Positions 30,356 to 41,195 of a stretch of DNA of 53,929 nucleotides are shown here, in pieces (the stretch's first letter is position 1; each line of letters starts with the position of its first letter). Under the pieces are notes generated by a model that ran no database searches, was not told the origin of the DNA, and worked only from the letters and a program-made list of their open reading frames with translations. The stretch lies in sequence record SRR31156797_3530; one strand, given 5' to 3'. Made by a program: the position numbers and the translations under genes.

Positions 30356-31162
30356 TTAGCTACTCGGTATCTTATACCATTGATATTGACCTTGATCAAG
30401 GGGATCATGTGCTACAGTGCCGCCGTCATTAAATACATAATATTCACCATTAACTTCTACAATGTCTCCTCTGGTAACACCATTGAGTTCTCCCCCATCT
30501 CCAGTGAAATTATCCATATTATATACTGTCCCTGTTAATTTTTCAGTTGAATACCAGCCCAATACATTACCGCCTGGTCCGTCCTGACCTTCGCCAATAC
30601 AAGCATTATATTGATTCATTGAAACATCTCTAGTTACAATATAATACTCTCCATTGTATAAAAACACCCCTCCTGCTTCAACAGTTATATCACCGTTAGG
30701 GTCATCCAGATTCAAGTAATCATCCTCAGTAGGCCAGTAGCTGTCACAAATATTTATATTAGTATTAGGATATGTCTGCCCACTGCCGCCATTATTGTTA
30801 TTACCATTGTTATGATCAGAACTGCCAGCCCATAATTTATGCGCTGATCCATGTACTGTACACATCAGATTGCCATCCTCATCAACTTGATAGACTCCAC
30901 CTGATGGGCATTCATGCAACGCAAAATTATCTGCCAAATCATCATATTTGCCAGCTAAAGCATCCTCTAAGTTTCCGCCTGGATAAGCAATTAAATGGTA
31001 CGAGAAAAGTTTCAGCATCTGCGTCATCTGACTCTGACAGACACTCCTTTCTGCGCTCTCTCTAACTTTTGAATAGGCCGGAGCTGCAACGGCAGCTAAT
31101 ACGCTAATTATGGAAATTACCACAATCAGCTCAATTAATGTAAATCCTTTCGATTGTTTCAT
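30356..31162 (-). CDS. Type IV pilin-like protein with an extra C-terminal domain
   Basis: Class III signal peptide KG|FTLIEL plus hydrophobic helix; CPSGG..Y...C..HG. Confidence 0.88.
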   Translation of the reverse strand: MKQSKGFTLIELIVVISIISVLAAVAAPAYSKVRESAERSVCQSQMTQMLKLFSYHLIAYPGGNLEDALAGKYDDLADNFALHECPSGGVYQVDEDGNLMCTVHGSAHKLWAGSSDHNNGNNNNGGSGQTYPNTNINICDSYWPTEDDYLNLDDPNGDITVEAGGVFLYNGEYYIVTRDVSMNQYNACIGEGQDGPGGNVLGWYSTEKLTGTVYNMDNFTGDGGELNGVTRGDIVEVNGEYYVFNDGGTVAHDPLDQGQYQWYKIPSS

Positions 31163-31332
31163 AATAGTTCCTCGCTGGAATATAATTCCTGTCTTGCAAT
31201 ACTATTGTACTAAAAATACACGAAAAAAACAATTGTAAAACAAAAATATTTTTTAAAATTTAATTTTATATTTTCAATACGGTCAATTTTTTATTAATTT
31301 TCATGCATTTAAGACATTATGTTTGTACATAT

Positions 31333-31372
31333 AATATTGTAAAACAATATTATTTTATTGTTTTACAATATT
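31333..31372. promoter_or_regulatory. Double palindromic operator upstream of the DUF2975-like/HTH operon
   Basis: AATATTGTAAAACAATA-N6-TATTGTTTTACAATATT (perfect 17-bp arms), just before TTGCAT-N17-TAATAT. Confidence 0.7.
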
Positions 31373-31434
31373 TATATTGCATTTACGTAATATATATGTT
31401 AATATTTTGACATAAATTACACGGGAGATAAATT

Positions 31435-31896
31435 ATGAACTGTAAAACAAAATTTCTTGCAAATTTCATGAGAATAACGCTAATTGTACTTATTATTCTG
31501 ACAATTGTGCTAATAATCTCTCTACCTCTATTTATCAACTACTATTCTAAAGAATTATATAGACCTAAATTAATCTTTTCTCAGATTGTGCTCTAAATAA
31601 CATATGTTCCTGTAGGTATTTGTGCACTGATTATTGAAAATCGACTAAGGAATATGTTTATTTCAGTATGTAATAACAACTCATTTGTTATGGAAAACGT
31701 GGTACACCTGAGAACAATGGGATATACAATGATAATTGTTGCGGTAATTTTTTTGGTGAAGTCTCTCTTTTTGACTACTCTTGCCAGCATCGCATTTACA
31801 TTAGGCAGCGGGCTTTTATCTGCTTTCTGCTTTGTATTATCTGGTGTATTCTATCAGGCTGTTACATACAAACAAGACAATGATTTAACGATTTAG
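31435..31896 (+). pseudogene. DUF2975-like membrane protein interrupted by an in-frame TAA (31594-31596)
   Basis: GGGAG RBS and ATG at 31435 are in frame with the track ORF at 31654; F..ENV..L motif and the AVTYKQDNDLTI C-terminus. Confidence 0.78.
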
Positions 31897-31905
31897 GAGA
31901 TTACT

Positions 31906-32142
31906 ATGAGCATACAGATAAACCTAGATATTATTATGGCTCGGCGAAAGATGAAATCTCAGGACTTGGCAAAGATTATAGGCATTACAAATGCTAACCT
32001 CTCAATTCTAAAAACTGGTAAAGCAAAGGCTATTCGGCTCTCCACCCTTGATGCTATCTGTAAAGCATTGAATTGCACCCCATGCGACATTTTGGGATAC
32101 ATAGAGGACGATACTATGAATGAAGGTGAAAATAATGAATGA
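31906..32142 (+). CDS. Cro/C1-type HTH regulator (YozG-like)
   Basis: LAKIIGITNANLSILKTGKAKAIRLSTLDAICKALNCTP. Confidence 0.9.
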   Translation: MSIQINLDIIMARRKMKSQDLAKIIGITNANLSILKTGKAKAIRLSTLDAICKALNCTPCDILGYIEDDTMNEGENNE

Positions 32143-33667
32143 AAATAATACATACCAGGATAACAATCAAATACCTACTATAAAGCAAAAAAGATTTACG
32201 CAAAATACAAAGACTCTTACCATTATAGTTATTGTATCCATTGCATGTGCTCTGATTTTCCCTCAGATTATTGTAGGCTACAGAATTGGACTCAACTTTT
32301 TTTTATGTGCATTATGCCTTATTACATCCTTAGTTTACACTATTGTAGATAACGATAATTATAGGCTCTCGCCATTGATATTCTGGTCTGTAATGCTAAT
32401 AATTTACACTTCAGTATTCTTTAGGCTGAGAAATACAACATATTTGGTATTCTCATTTTTGTTTACTCCATTAATGTTTACTTTCCTGATATTCTTTACA
32501 ACAAAAGATAAAGCCCAAAAGCAATTTTCATTTTTGGCAGAAACGTTTTTCTCACAATTAGTACATGGGTTCAAACTATTCCCTGCCATATTTTCAATAA
32601 GAAAATTAAGCAAAAAATCAAAGGTATTTGTTGAAATACTCTTAGGCATTATCATTTCCCTGATGCTCTTCGTAATCATCGTTCCGTTAATGTTTAGTGC
32701 TGATATACAATTTGGTAACTATATAAAAGATTGGATTGATAAAACCTTTGACAGTTTCTTTGCTTTATTTGGATTGAAGTGTATTCTGGCATCATTTTTA
32801 GCAATGGTGTATTTCGGTTATCTATTTATGGCAAGTAAAAAGACTGAAAATACTCAAATAAAAACAAGTGATAAGCAAACTGACATTAGCACAAATATCC
32901 TATTGACTGTAATATCTATGGTAACTCTTTTATATACCACATTTACTATTTCTACTCTGCTAAATGCTATCACACATAACGCAAATAAATTACCTATTGG
33001 CATGACTTATACCGAATATGCACGAAGCGGCTTCTTCCAATTGGCATGGCTTACAGCAATCAATTTCCTCATGCTGCTTATTGTGCAGTATTTTATGAGG
33101 AATAAGGATCATAGAGCAAAAATTATTTCAAAAATTATTTTTGCTATACAGATAATAATAAATTTTTGCCTGCTAGGTCTGTCAGCCTACAAAATGACAC
33201 TATATACTTATGCCTACGGTCTTACACTACTGCGAATACTAGTATATATTATTTTGGCATATGAGCTGATACTTCTAGGATTAATATCATACAAAGTATA
33301 TAATGAGAATTTCAAATTCATTACTGTTGCAATATACTTTTCTTTTGCTTTTTGGTCAGTTATCAGCTTTATAAATGTTGAGAAAATAATTGTAAACTAC
33401 AATGCAGCAAATATTCCTCTGGATAGATTTGATTTTTCTAACGTTTGCTACAATTTATCAAAGGACGCATCTGGAGCTTTGAAAGATTATGTTATTAAAA
33501 ATTATGATGATATTCAACAAAATGATATGAATGAAATCAATGAGTATTATAAGACTGATATGGATATAGAAGATTTGAATGACTTAGCTTGGTACGAATA
33601 TAATATTTCTGATTTTAAATATCTAAAAGACCGGGATGAGTTTATTGAATTCATTAATGCTAAATAG
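32135..33667 (+). CDS. DUF4153-like multi-pass membrane protein
   Basis: SAD..F, TYTEYARSGFFQL, YGLTLLRI and LSKDA motifs; many TM segments. Confidence 0.75.
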   Translation: MNENNTYQDNNQIPTIKQKRFTQNTKTLTIIVIVSIACALIFPQIIVGYRIGLNFFLCALCLITSLVYTIVDNDNYRLSPLIFWSVMLIIYTSVFFRLRNTTYLVFSFLFTPLMFTFLIFFTTKDKAQKQFSFLAETFFSQLVHGFKLFPAIFSIRKLSKKSKVFVEILLGIIISLMLFVIIVPLMFSADIQFGNYIKDWIDKTFDSFFALFGLKCILASFLAMVYFGYLFMASKKTENTQIKTSDKQTDISTNILLTVISMVTLLYTTFTISTLLNAITHNANKLPIGMTYTEYARSGFFQLAWLTAINFLMLLIVQYFMRNKDHRAKIISKIIFAIQIIINFCLLGLSAYKMTLYTYAYGLTLLRILVYIILAYELILLGLISYKVYNENFKFITVAIYFSFAFWSVISFINVEKIIVNYNAANIPLDRFDFSNVCYNLSKDASGALKDYVIKNYDDIQQNDMNEINEYYKTDMDIEDLNDLAWYEYNISDFKYLKDRDEFIEFINAK

Positions 33668-33697
33668 AAACATGCCCCCAATCGGGGGCATGTTTTT
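33668..33697. terminator. Terminator
   Basis: AAACATGCCCCC-AATC-GGGGGCATGTTT, followed by TT. Confidence 0.8.
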
Positions 33698-33732
33698 GTA
33701 TTTACAAATATCCTTATTGAGGGTATTGCATA

Positions 33733-34500
33733 CTATTTCGTTATAAAATATTCTGTTGGGTCAACACTTACATCATTATAGGTTAGCTCATAGTGAACAT
33801 GCTCTCCCATATTGCTTTCTAATATTGCTGACGTACCAACTGTACCTATCACATCACCTGCTTTGACTTTGTCACCTGAGGATACATTGTATGAACCAAG
33901 GCTGTAGTAGCCTGTTGAAACATTTTCTGTATGTTTGATAACAACATATGAACCCAGAAGCTTATCACTTCCGCAGACAATAACCTCTCCGTCAGCACTG
34001 GCAACTACGCTTTGTCCTATATCACCAGCAATATCCACAGCTAAGTGTGTACTGTATTCCTTCAAAGTTGATGAATATACTAGCTTCTCCTTGGCATATT
34101 CTCTGATTATTTCACCATTTACCGGAATTAATAAATCTGGTATTTCATCAGTAGACTGCTTAATAGAAGCATTATTCGCTTCGGTTGAGACTTGTTCAGT
34201 TTCTGTTGTATCCTCTGCTACTGGTGTATCAACAGGTTCAGATACAATCTCTGGAACTGGTATAGGTGTAGGCGGATTCTCGATATACTCGTATTCAGGC
34301 ACTTCCTGAAGGCTTTCATTCTCTATTACGTATTGATTTTCATCAACATTTGCCTTAGGAGCAAACTGCCCATTTGTTGCAATGGATACTATTCCTGCTA
34401 CAAGTGCACATCCTCCAATCGCAATACTTATACCATATTTGGCAAAAAACTTCTGCCTTTTAATTTTTTTCGGATCTTCATTAATAGTGTTTCTAATCAT
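33733..34500 (-). CDS. Membrane-anchored M23/LytM protein, SpoIIQ-like
   Basis: N-terminal TM and acidic linker; PVNG, YS.TL.E..HLAVD, HVHYE and VDP. Confidence 0.75.
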   Translation of the reverse strand: MIRNTINEDPKKIKRQKFFAKYGISIAIGGCALVAGIVSIATNGQFAPKANVDENQYVIENESLQEVPEYEYIENPPTPIPVPEIVSEPVDTPVAEDTTETEQVSTEANNASIKQSTDEIPDLLIPVNGEIIREYAKEKLVYSSTLKEYSTHLAVDIAGDIGQSVVASADGEVIVCGSDKLLGSYVVIKHTENVSTGYYSLGSYNVSSGDKVKAGDVIGTVGTSAILESNMGEHVHYELTYNDVSVDPTEYFITK

Positions 34501-34541
34501 ATAAATTTCCTTTCTTGCAGATAATATCTGCCTTCACGCAT

Positions 34542-34571
34542 TAGTATTATCAAAATCTTTAAATATAATAC
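34542..34571 (-). promoter_or_regulatory. Putative sigmaF/sigmaG-type promoter
   Basis: GTATT-N15-GATAATACTA resembles the forespore consensus GYATA-N15-GGnnAnAnTW. Confidence 0.4.
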
Positions 34572-34684
34572 ATCTGATTATTTGAATTAACTTTTAAAAG
34601 AATTCCATGGTAGAAACCTGCCGTATATAGTAGAATGATGTCATAGAATCAATAGAAAATCATATTATACAAGGAATAACAAAA

Positions 34685-35773
34685 ATGATGGATATAATAA
34701 CTGCTGAAAATAATGATTATCCTGCTGTAAGAGCTTTGTGGGATAGCTGCTTTATGGAAGATAGTATTAAATGGCGAAACTGGTACTTTGCTAACAGATA
34801 TAAGCCTAATAATGCAAATTTACTGTATGTCAATAATAATCTGGTGTCTATGGTTCATATGAATCCATATATTTTGATTCTTAACAATAAATATATCAAA
34901 TCTGCCGCAATGGCTGGCGTTGCCACTGATATTAGTATGCGAAATAAAAGCTATGCAAAAGCATTAATTGAATACTCAATAAAAAAAGCTTACACAGATG
35001 GATATGAATACTCATTCCTTCACCCCTTTAATTATGATTTTTATGAAAAGTACGGCTACAGATGTGCATACTATATATATACATATAAAATCCAATACAA
35101 AAGTATAAAGGAAACATCCTATCCAATTGTCATATCCGAATACAAACAAGATGATATAGATACAATATACAATATATATAAAAAAGCTACACAAAAATAC
35201 AACGGTTATATCAACAGAGATGCCTGTTATTTTAAAGAATATCTGAACAGTTTTTTGATAGACGAGTGTAAAGTCTATATCTTAAAAATACATCATGATA
35301 TCGGTTACTATATATATGATACTATTAATGAAAGAATAGAGGAATTCTTCTTTACAGGTAACTTAGCTAAGGCATACGCTAACCTGTGCTCTTATTTACA
35401 AAAAGATATTATTATTAAAAATCAACCATTTGTTGATATCACACATACAGAAATAGTATCAGACCAGAAAAGGCACTGTATGATTAGGGTATTAAATTTT
35501 CAAAGTTTAATGAAGAAGTTTAAATTCTTAGACAGCAGTATTTATATAAATATCAAAGACAGTATTATTGATGAAAACAATAATTCGTTTTATATTGAAG
35601 CAAAAAATGGTATAACCAATATACATACAGTAGAGAATAAAGAATATAAAAAGTACAGCATTAATGAAATTTCAATTATTATTGCAGGTGCTTCAAATGT
35701 ACCTGTTACACTAAATGAATTTTTTAGTATAGCAGAAATTAAAAATTCTTCCTTTATTGTAGAAGAGCTTTGA
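34685..35773 (+). CDS. Eis-family GNAT acetyltransferase with SCP2-like C-terminus
   Basis: GVAT....R.KSYA, LHPFNYDFYEKYGY, MIRVLN and DSIIDENN. Confidence 0.8.
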   Translation: MMDIITAENNDYPAVRALWDSCFMEDSIKWRNWYFANRYKPNNANLLYVNNNLVSMVHMNPYILILNNKYIKSAAMAGVATDISMRNKSYAKALIEYSIKKAYTDGYEYSFLHPFNYDFYEKYGYRCAYYIYTYKIQYKSIKETSYPIVISEYKQDDIDTIYNIYKKATQKYNGYINRDACYFKEYLNSFLIDECKVYILKIHHDIGYYIYDTINERIEEFFFTGNLAKAYANLCSYLQKDIIIKNQPFVDITHTEIVSDQKRHCMIRVLNFQSLMKKFKFLDSSIYINIKDSIIDENNNSFYIEAKNGITNIHTVENKEYKKYSINEISIIIAGASNVPVTLNEFFSIAEIKNSSFIVEEL

Positions 35774-35918
35774 ATTTACTTAGCCTGCTTTACATCTAAT
35801 TAGCCATTTTGCGTCATAACCAAGTCTATAGTGCTTTCCATCAATAGATGTAATTAATGATTCACCACGTCAATTCATAATCTTTCACAATTTATTTTGA
35901 AAAAAGCATTTTATTACC

Positions 35919-35981
35919 TTGACAAAATGTAGTAATAGTGATATTCTCATCTTGTTAGCACTCATAGCTATCGAGTGCTAA
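35919..35981 (+). promoter_or_regulatory. sigmaA promoter and CIRCE operator of the hrcA operon
   Basis: TTGACA-N17-TATTCT; perfect TTAGCACTC-N9-GAGTGCTAA at 35955-35981. Confidence 0.95.
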
Positions 35982-36000
35982 CAGGCGAAAGGTGATATTA

Positions 36001-37035
36001 ATGGACTACAGCAAAAGACAATTAGATATACTTTATGCAATAATAAGAGACTATATCGAGACTGCAAATCCTGTAGGCTCTAGAACTATAGCTCGTAAGT
36101 ATATGCCTAATATATCTTCCGCTACAATCCGCAACGAGATGAGCGATTTGGAGCATATGGGGCTTCTGGAACAACCTCATACATCAGCTGGCAGAATTCC
36201 ATCAGAGCGTGCATACAGGATGTATGTGGACACTATAATAAATAGTGAAGACATGAACAGCCTTTTGACTAGCCACATAACAGACGAATTCCAAAGGCTG
36301 ACAGGAGAAATGCTGCAAGTAGTAAGGAATGCTGCAAAGATAATAAGCATCAATACCAACTATACCGCAATTGCTCTGACACCTCAGTTAAGGCGCACTA
36401 CGCTAAAACGTATACAGCTAATCCCTGTAGCAAAGGGACTGGTACTGGTAGTATTAGTTACAGATGCAGCCAGAGTGAAGCAAAAGATGATACATCTAAC
36501 CGAACCAGTCAACGAAGCACTGCTGGACGAGATGTCATTCGTAATTTCAAAGAGATTTGCTGACTGCGCAATTGCAGACATCGACCTGAATGTAGCAGAC
36601 GGTATATCAGATATAAGGGATGAATACCCTAACTTCTTTAATACAATCAACAATTACTTCTCAGAAGTTGTCGTAAAAAGTGACAGCACAGACGTAGTTA
36701 TGGAAGGAACAAAGTGTATATTTGATTACCCAGAGTACCGAAACTTAGACCACGCAAAGAGATTTGTACAGCTATTAGAGAGCAAGGATCTGCTCCACTC
36801 ACTACTGACAGAATCAACCAGACGAGGTACCAGCGTAATCATCGGTAATGAAAACACTCTCGATGAGCTAAGGGATTTCTCCGTCGTTACATCTGCCTAC
36901 AAAGTAGGTAATCGTCCAATCGGAGCAATCGGCGTAATAGGTCCTGTAAGAATGGATTACTCCAAAGTTATACATTGTCTAAATGAGGTTGGCTCAGTAC
37001 TAAGCAACGTAATGACAACCTACATTAATGAATAG
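36001..37035 (+). CDS. hrcA: Heat-inducible transcription repressor HrcA
   Basis: PVGSRT, SSATIRNEM, PHTSAGRIPS and IGPVRMDY. The ATG at 36001 follows AAAGGTG. Confidence 0.96.
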   Translation: MDYSKRQLDILYAIIRDYIETANPVGSRTIARKYMPNISSATIRNEMSDLEHMGLLEQPHTSAGRIPSERAYRMYVDTIINSEDMNSLLTSHITDEFQRLTGEMLQVVRNAAKIISINTNYTAIALTPQLRRTTLKRIQLIPVAKGLVLVVLVTDAARVKQKMIHLTEPVNEALLDEMSFVISKRFADCAIADIDLNVADGISDIRDEYPNFFNTINNYFSEVVVKSDSTDVVMEGTKCIFDYPEYRNLDHAKRFVQLLESKDLLHSLLTESTRRGTSVIIGNENTLDELRDFSVVTSAYKVGNRPIGAIGVIGPVRMDYSKVIHCLNEVGSVLSNVMTTYINE

Positions 37036-37061
37036 ATAAATCTTTTGAAAGGTGTATATAA

Positions 37062-37682
37062 ATGACAAAGAAGCAAGAACCAATAGAAAATGAAAATACT
37101 CCAGTAACGGAAGAAAAAGAAGTACCGCAAACACCTGAAGCTGAACCAAAGCACAGCAAGGAAGAGAGCGAATCACCGGAAGAAGTAAAAATTGAAAAAG
37201 TTTATTCTCAAAAGGATATGGAACTAGTAGCAACAGAACTTCAGAAGGTAAAGAAAGAACGTGATGACTATCTGGACATGGCACAAAGGCAAAAGGCTGA
37301 ATTCGAGAACTTTCGCAAGCGAAGCGAAGCACAGAGACTGGAAGCCAATGGAAATGGCAGGCGTGATGCTATATCTGCAATACTTCCTGTGCTAGACAAC
37401 ATGGAAAGAGCTCTGGCAACATGTGCAGACATTCCAGAAGATGATGCTTTAAAACAAGGCGTGACTATGGTATTTAATCAGTTTGCTGAAGTACTAAAAG
37501 CGCAGGGGGTAGTAAAAATAGAAGCCTTAGGGCAGACATTTGATCCAAACTTCCACCATGCTGTAATGGAGGGAGAAGCAAACGAAGACTATCCCGAAGG
37601 AACAGTTATGGAAGTCCTACAAGACGGTTACACAGTAAACGAAAAGATAATAAGATATGCAATGGTAAAAGTTGCGAAATAA
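37062..37682 (+). CDS. grpE: Nucleotide exchange factor GrpE
   Basis: AEFENFRKR, LPVLDNMERA, FDPNFHHA and IRYAMVKV. Confidence 0.96.
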   Translation: MTKKQEPIENENTPVTEEKEVPQTPEAEPKHSKEESESPEEVKIEKVYSQKDMELVATELQKVKKERDDYLDMAQRQKAEFENFRKRSEAQRLEANGNGRRDAISAILPVLDNMERALATCADIPEDDALKQGVTMVFNQFAEVLKAQGVVKIEALGQTFDPNFHHAVMEGEANEDYPEGTVMEVLQDGYTVNEKIIRYAMVKVAK

Positions 37683-37716
37683 TATAGAATAATCACTTTG
37701 AAAGGAATATAAAATC

Positions 37717-39552
37717 ATGGCAAAAATAATAGGAATTGACTTAGGTACAACAAACTCATGTGTATCAGTATTAGAAGGCGGAGAGCCAACAGTTATCCCA
37801 AACGCTGAAGGCGGCAGAACAACACCATCTATCGTAGGCTTTACAAAAGAAGGCGAAAGATTAGTTGGTCAGGTAGCAAAGCGTCAGGCAATTACAAACG
37901 CTGACCATACAATCAGCTCAATAAAAAGAGAAATGGGTACAAACCACAAGGTGAAAATTGATGATAAAACATATAGCCCACAGGAAATCTCAGCATTTAT
38001 TCTGCAAAAACTAAAAACTGATGCTGAAAGCTATTTAGGAGAAACAGTAACACAGGCAGTTATCACAGTTCCTGCATACTTCTCCGATGCACAAAGACAA
38101 GCAACAAAAGACGCTGGTAAGATTGCCAGTCTGGATGTCTTGAGAATCATCAACGAGCCAACAGCTGCTGCTCTGGCATACGGTCTAGACAAAGAGAACA
38201 ACCAAAAGATTCTGGTATACGACCTAGGCGGCGGTACATTCGACGTATCAATCCTAGAAATCGGTGACGGCGTATTCGAAGTATTGTCTACCAACGGCAA
38301 CAATAAACTTGGCGGTGACGACTTCGACCAAAGAATCATGGACTGGTTGGCAAATGAGTTCAAAAAGAGCGACGGTATTGACCTTCGTCAGGACAAAATG
38401 GCAAAACAACGTCTAAAGGAAGCTGCTGAAAAAGCAAAGATTGAATTATCTGGAGTAATGCAGACTAATATTAACCTGCCATTTATCACTGCTGATTCAT
38501 CAGGTCCAAAGCACTTGGATATGACACTTACCAGAGCTAAATTCAACGAATTGACTGGAGATTTGGTAGAAAAAACTGTAGGTCCTACAAAGAAAGCTCT
38601 GAAGGATTCTGGTCTTTCTGCAAATGAATTGAACAGAGTTATCCTTGTTGGTGGTTCAACTCGTATCCCAGCTGTTCAGGAAGCTGTTAAGAGAATTACA
38701 AACCAAGATCCATACAAGGGAATTAACCCAGATGAATGTGTAGCAGTAGGTGCTGCAATCCAGGCTGGTGTTCTAGGCGGCGATGTAAAGGACGTATTGT
38801 TACTAGATGTTACTCCACTTTCCCTAGGTATTGAAACACTAGGCGGAGTATTTACAAAGCTAATTGAGAGAAACACAACTATTCCAACAAGAAAGTCACA
38901 AGTTTTCTCAACAGCAGCAAACAACCAGCCATCAGTTGATGTTCATGTACTACAGGGTGAACGTGAAATGGCAGCAGGCAACAAAACATTGGGACGCTTC
39001 CAATTAACTGGTATTGCTCCTGCTCCACGTGGTGTACCACAAATTGAAGTTACTTTTGATATCGATGCAAATGGTATCGTTCACGTATCAGCTAAAGACC
39101 TAGGTACAGGTAATGAACAAAAAGTTGTCATCACTGCTTCAAGTAATCTATCCGATGATGAAATCAACAAAGCTGTTGAAGAAGCAGAAAAGTATGCCGA
39201 AGAAGATCAACGCCGCAAAGAGGAAGTTGATATCAAAAATACAGCTGACCAAATGGTTTACACAACAGAAAAAGCCATTGAGGATTTAGGCGACAAAGTA
39301 TCTGATGCTGACAAGGACAGACTAAAAGCTGAAATTGATGCAGTCAATGCCGTAAAAGAGGGCAATGATATAGAAGCTATCAAGGGTGCAACTGAATCTC
39401 TATCCAAGGTAAGCCAGGAAATCTTTGGTCAGATCTATCAGAACGCTGCAGGAGCTGCAGGTGTAAATCCAGAGGATTTTGCACAAGATGCAGGAACAGT
39501 AAACGACGACGGAACAGTAGACGCAGACTATACAGTAGTCGACGACGAATAG
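37717..39552 (+). CDS. dnaK: Chaperone DnaK
   Basis: [17 protein letters not shown] and [15 protein letters not shown]. Confidence 0.98.
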   Translation: MAKIIGIDLGTTNSCVSVLEGGEPTVIPNAEGGRTTPSIVGFTKEGERLVGQVAKRQAITNADHTISSIKREMGTNHKVKIDDKTYSPQEISAFILQKLKTDAESYLGETVTQAVITVPAYFSDAQRQATKDAGKIASLDVLRIINEPTAAALAYGLDKENNQKILVYDLGGGTFDVSILEIGDGVFEVLSTNGNNKLGGDDFDQRIMDWLANEFKKSDGIDLRQDKMAKQRLKEAAEKAKIELSGVMQTNINLPFITADSSGPKHLDMTLTRAKFNELTGDLVEKTVGPTKKALKDSGLSANELNRVILVGGSTRIPAVQEAVKRITNQDPYKGINPDECVAVGAAIQAGVLGGDVKDVLLLDVTPLSLGIETLGGVFTKLIERNTTIPTRKSQVFSTAANNQPSVDVHVLQGEREMAAGNKTLGRFQLTGIAPAPRGVPQIEVTFDIDANGIVHVSAKDLGTGNEQKVVITASSNLSDDEINKAVEEAEKYAEEDQRRKEEVDIKNTADQMVYTTEKAIEDLGDKVSDADKDRLKAEIDAVNAVKEGNDIEAIKGATESLSKVSQEIFGQIYQNAAGAAGVNPEDFAQDAGTVNDDGTVDADYTVVDDE

Positions 39553-39661
39553 AGTTACCAGCAGCAACGCTGTTTATATATTGGTGAGGAAAGGGTGCAT
39601 TGTGCCCTTTTCCTAGCACTTAATAATAAGTGCAAATGTACACAAAAACGAGGAGATTTAA

Positions 39662-40795
39662 ATGGCAACCCAAAGCAAAAGAGATTACTACGAAGTTCTA
39701 GGCGTACAAAAGGATGCTGATGAAGCAAAGATAAAAAGCGCATATAGAAAGCTGGCTATGAAATATCATCCTGACAGAAATCCTGGTGACAAGGTTGCTG
39801 AGGAAAAGTTCAAAGAAGCCAGCGAAGCATATGAAATTCTTTCAGATTCGCAGAGACGTTCACAATACGATCAGTTCGGTCACGCAGGAGCCCAAGGCGG
39901 CTTCGGTGGATTTGAAGGTGGATTTTCAGGAGCTGGCTTTGGTGGCTTTGAGGATATATTCGACACATTCTTCGGAGGCGGTTTTGGCGGAAGTACCCGT
40001 AGCAAAAACGCACCCCGTGCAGGTAATGATCTTCGATATAATATGAAAATAGATTTCAAAGATGCTATCTTTGGAGTAAAAAAGGAAATATCTTATAATC
40101 GAAGCGAATCATGTAACGCATGCAAGGGAACTGGTGCAAAAAACGGTACAGCCAAAGAAACATGCGCCAATTGTAAGGGTTCAGGTCAGGTTCACACTAT
40201 CCGCAATACAATGCTGGGACGTCAGACTGTAGTTACAACTTGTCCAAACTGTAATGGTAAGGGCGAAGTTATCAAGGATCGCTGCAGCGAATGCCACGGT
40301 TCAGGAAGGGTCAGTAAGAAAAAAACAGTCAGTGTCAATATACCAGCAGGCATTGACAGCGGTCAATCCATCAATATGAGAGGTCTTGGCGAGGCTGGAC
40401 ACAACGGAGGACCTACCGGTGATTTATTGCTGCATATTACACTAGCACCGCATAAATTATATAAAAGGCAGGAATTTGACTTGCACTTGGACTTCCCAAT
40501 ATCAATAGTAGATGCTACCCTAGGAACAGAGATTACAATACCTCACTTTGATGGTTCATTTACCTACAATGTACCTGAGGGTACTCAGCATGGTACAATT
40601 TTCAAGATAAAGAATAAGGGCATAAAGCACCTAAATTCCTCACGTAAAGGAGACTTGTATCTGCATATGATAGTGGAAGTACCTCATAAGCTTACAAAGA
40701 CTCAAAAAGAAGACTTAAAGCACTTCAAGTCAATTTCGGCTGAGAAACAATACAACAAGATAAAGAACTTCACTGATAATTCAAAAACGTTGTAA
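39662..40795 (+). CDS. dnaJ: Chaperone DnaJ
   Basis: HPD motif, G/F-rich region and four CxxCxGxG repeats. Confidence 0.98.
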   Translation: MATQSKRDYYEVLGVQKDADEAKIKSAYRKLAMKYHPDRNPGDKVAEEKFKEASEAYEILSDSQRRSQYDQFGHAGAQGGFGGFEGGFSGAGFGGFEDIFDTFFGGGFGGSTRSKNAPRAGNDLRYNMKIDFKDAIFGVKKEISYNRSESCNACKGTGAKNGTAKETCANCKGSGQVHTIRNTMLGRQTVVTTCPNCNGKGEVIKDRCSECHGSGRVSKKKTVSVNIPAGIDSGQSINMRGLGEAGHNGGPTGDLLLHITLAPHKLYKRQEFDLHLDFPISIVDATLGTEITIPHFDGSFTYNVPEGTQHGTIFKIKNKGIKHLNSSRKGDLYLHMIVEVPHKLTKTQKEDLKHFKSISAEKQYNKIKNFTDNSKTL

Positions 40796-40814
40796 TATAG
40801 TTGTATGATATATC

Positions 40815-40841
40815 AAAGAGCGGTAATAATCCGCTCTTTTT
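40815..40841 (+). terminator. Terminator of the dnaK operon
   Basis: AAAGAGCGG-N7-CCGCTCTTTTT. Confidence 0.8.
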
Positions 40842-41195
40842 ACTATTCTACAACATTATACAACTCTTTAAGCATTTACTTGAGTTAATTTATATTCAAT
40901 GCGATAATGAAGCAACTTGTACCGATACTCCGTTAGAGTCAATTGCAAAGAAGAATTTGGTTCCATTTGGAGCTTCAACCAAAAGTCCATCAAGCTTATA
41001 TAATGTGACCACATTTCACCACAAATAGGGCTATCATGTTAAGTAATTTGCTGATATAATAAAACGCCCACATCAGTGGACGTTTCTGACTTGCAAATAA
41101 ATATATTGTCAATAAATTATCAGTTATAATATTAGTAACAATTAGTACTCCATTCTCAGCACTTAATACATAATATGAATTTTATTAACCATGTA

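Noticed and set aside
40801..41028. 75-aa plus ORF and 38-codon minus ORF (41012-40896) after dnaJ
   Set aside because: The plus ORF spans the dnaJ terminator. The minus ORF lies beyond a terminator and has no clear RBS. At most a decayed fragment.
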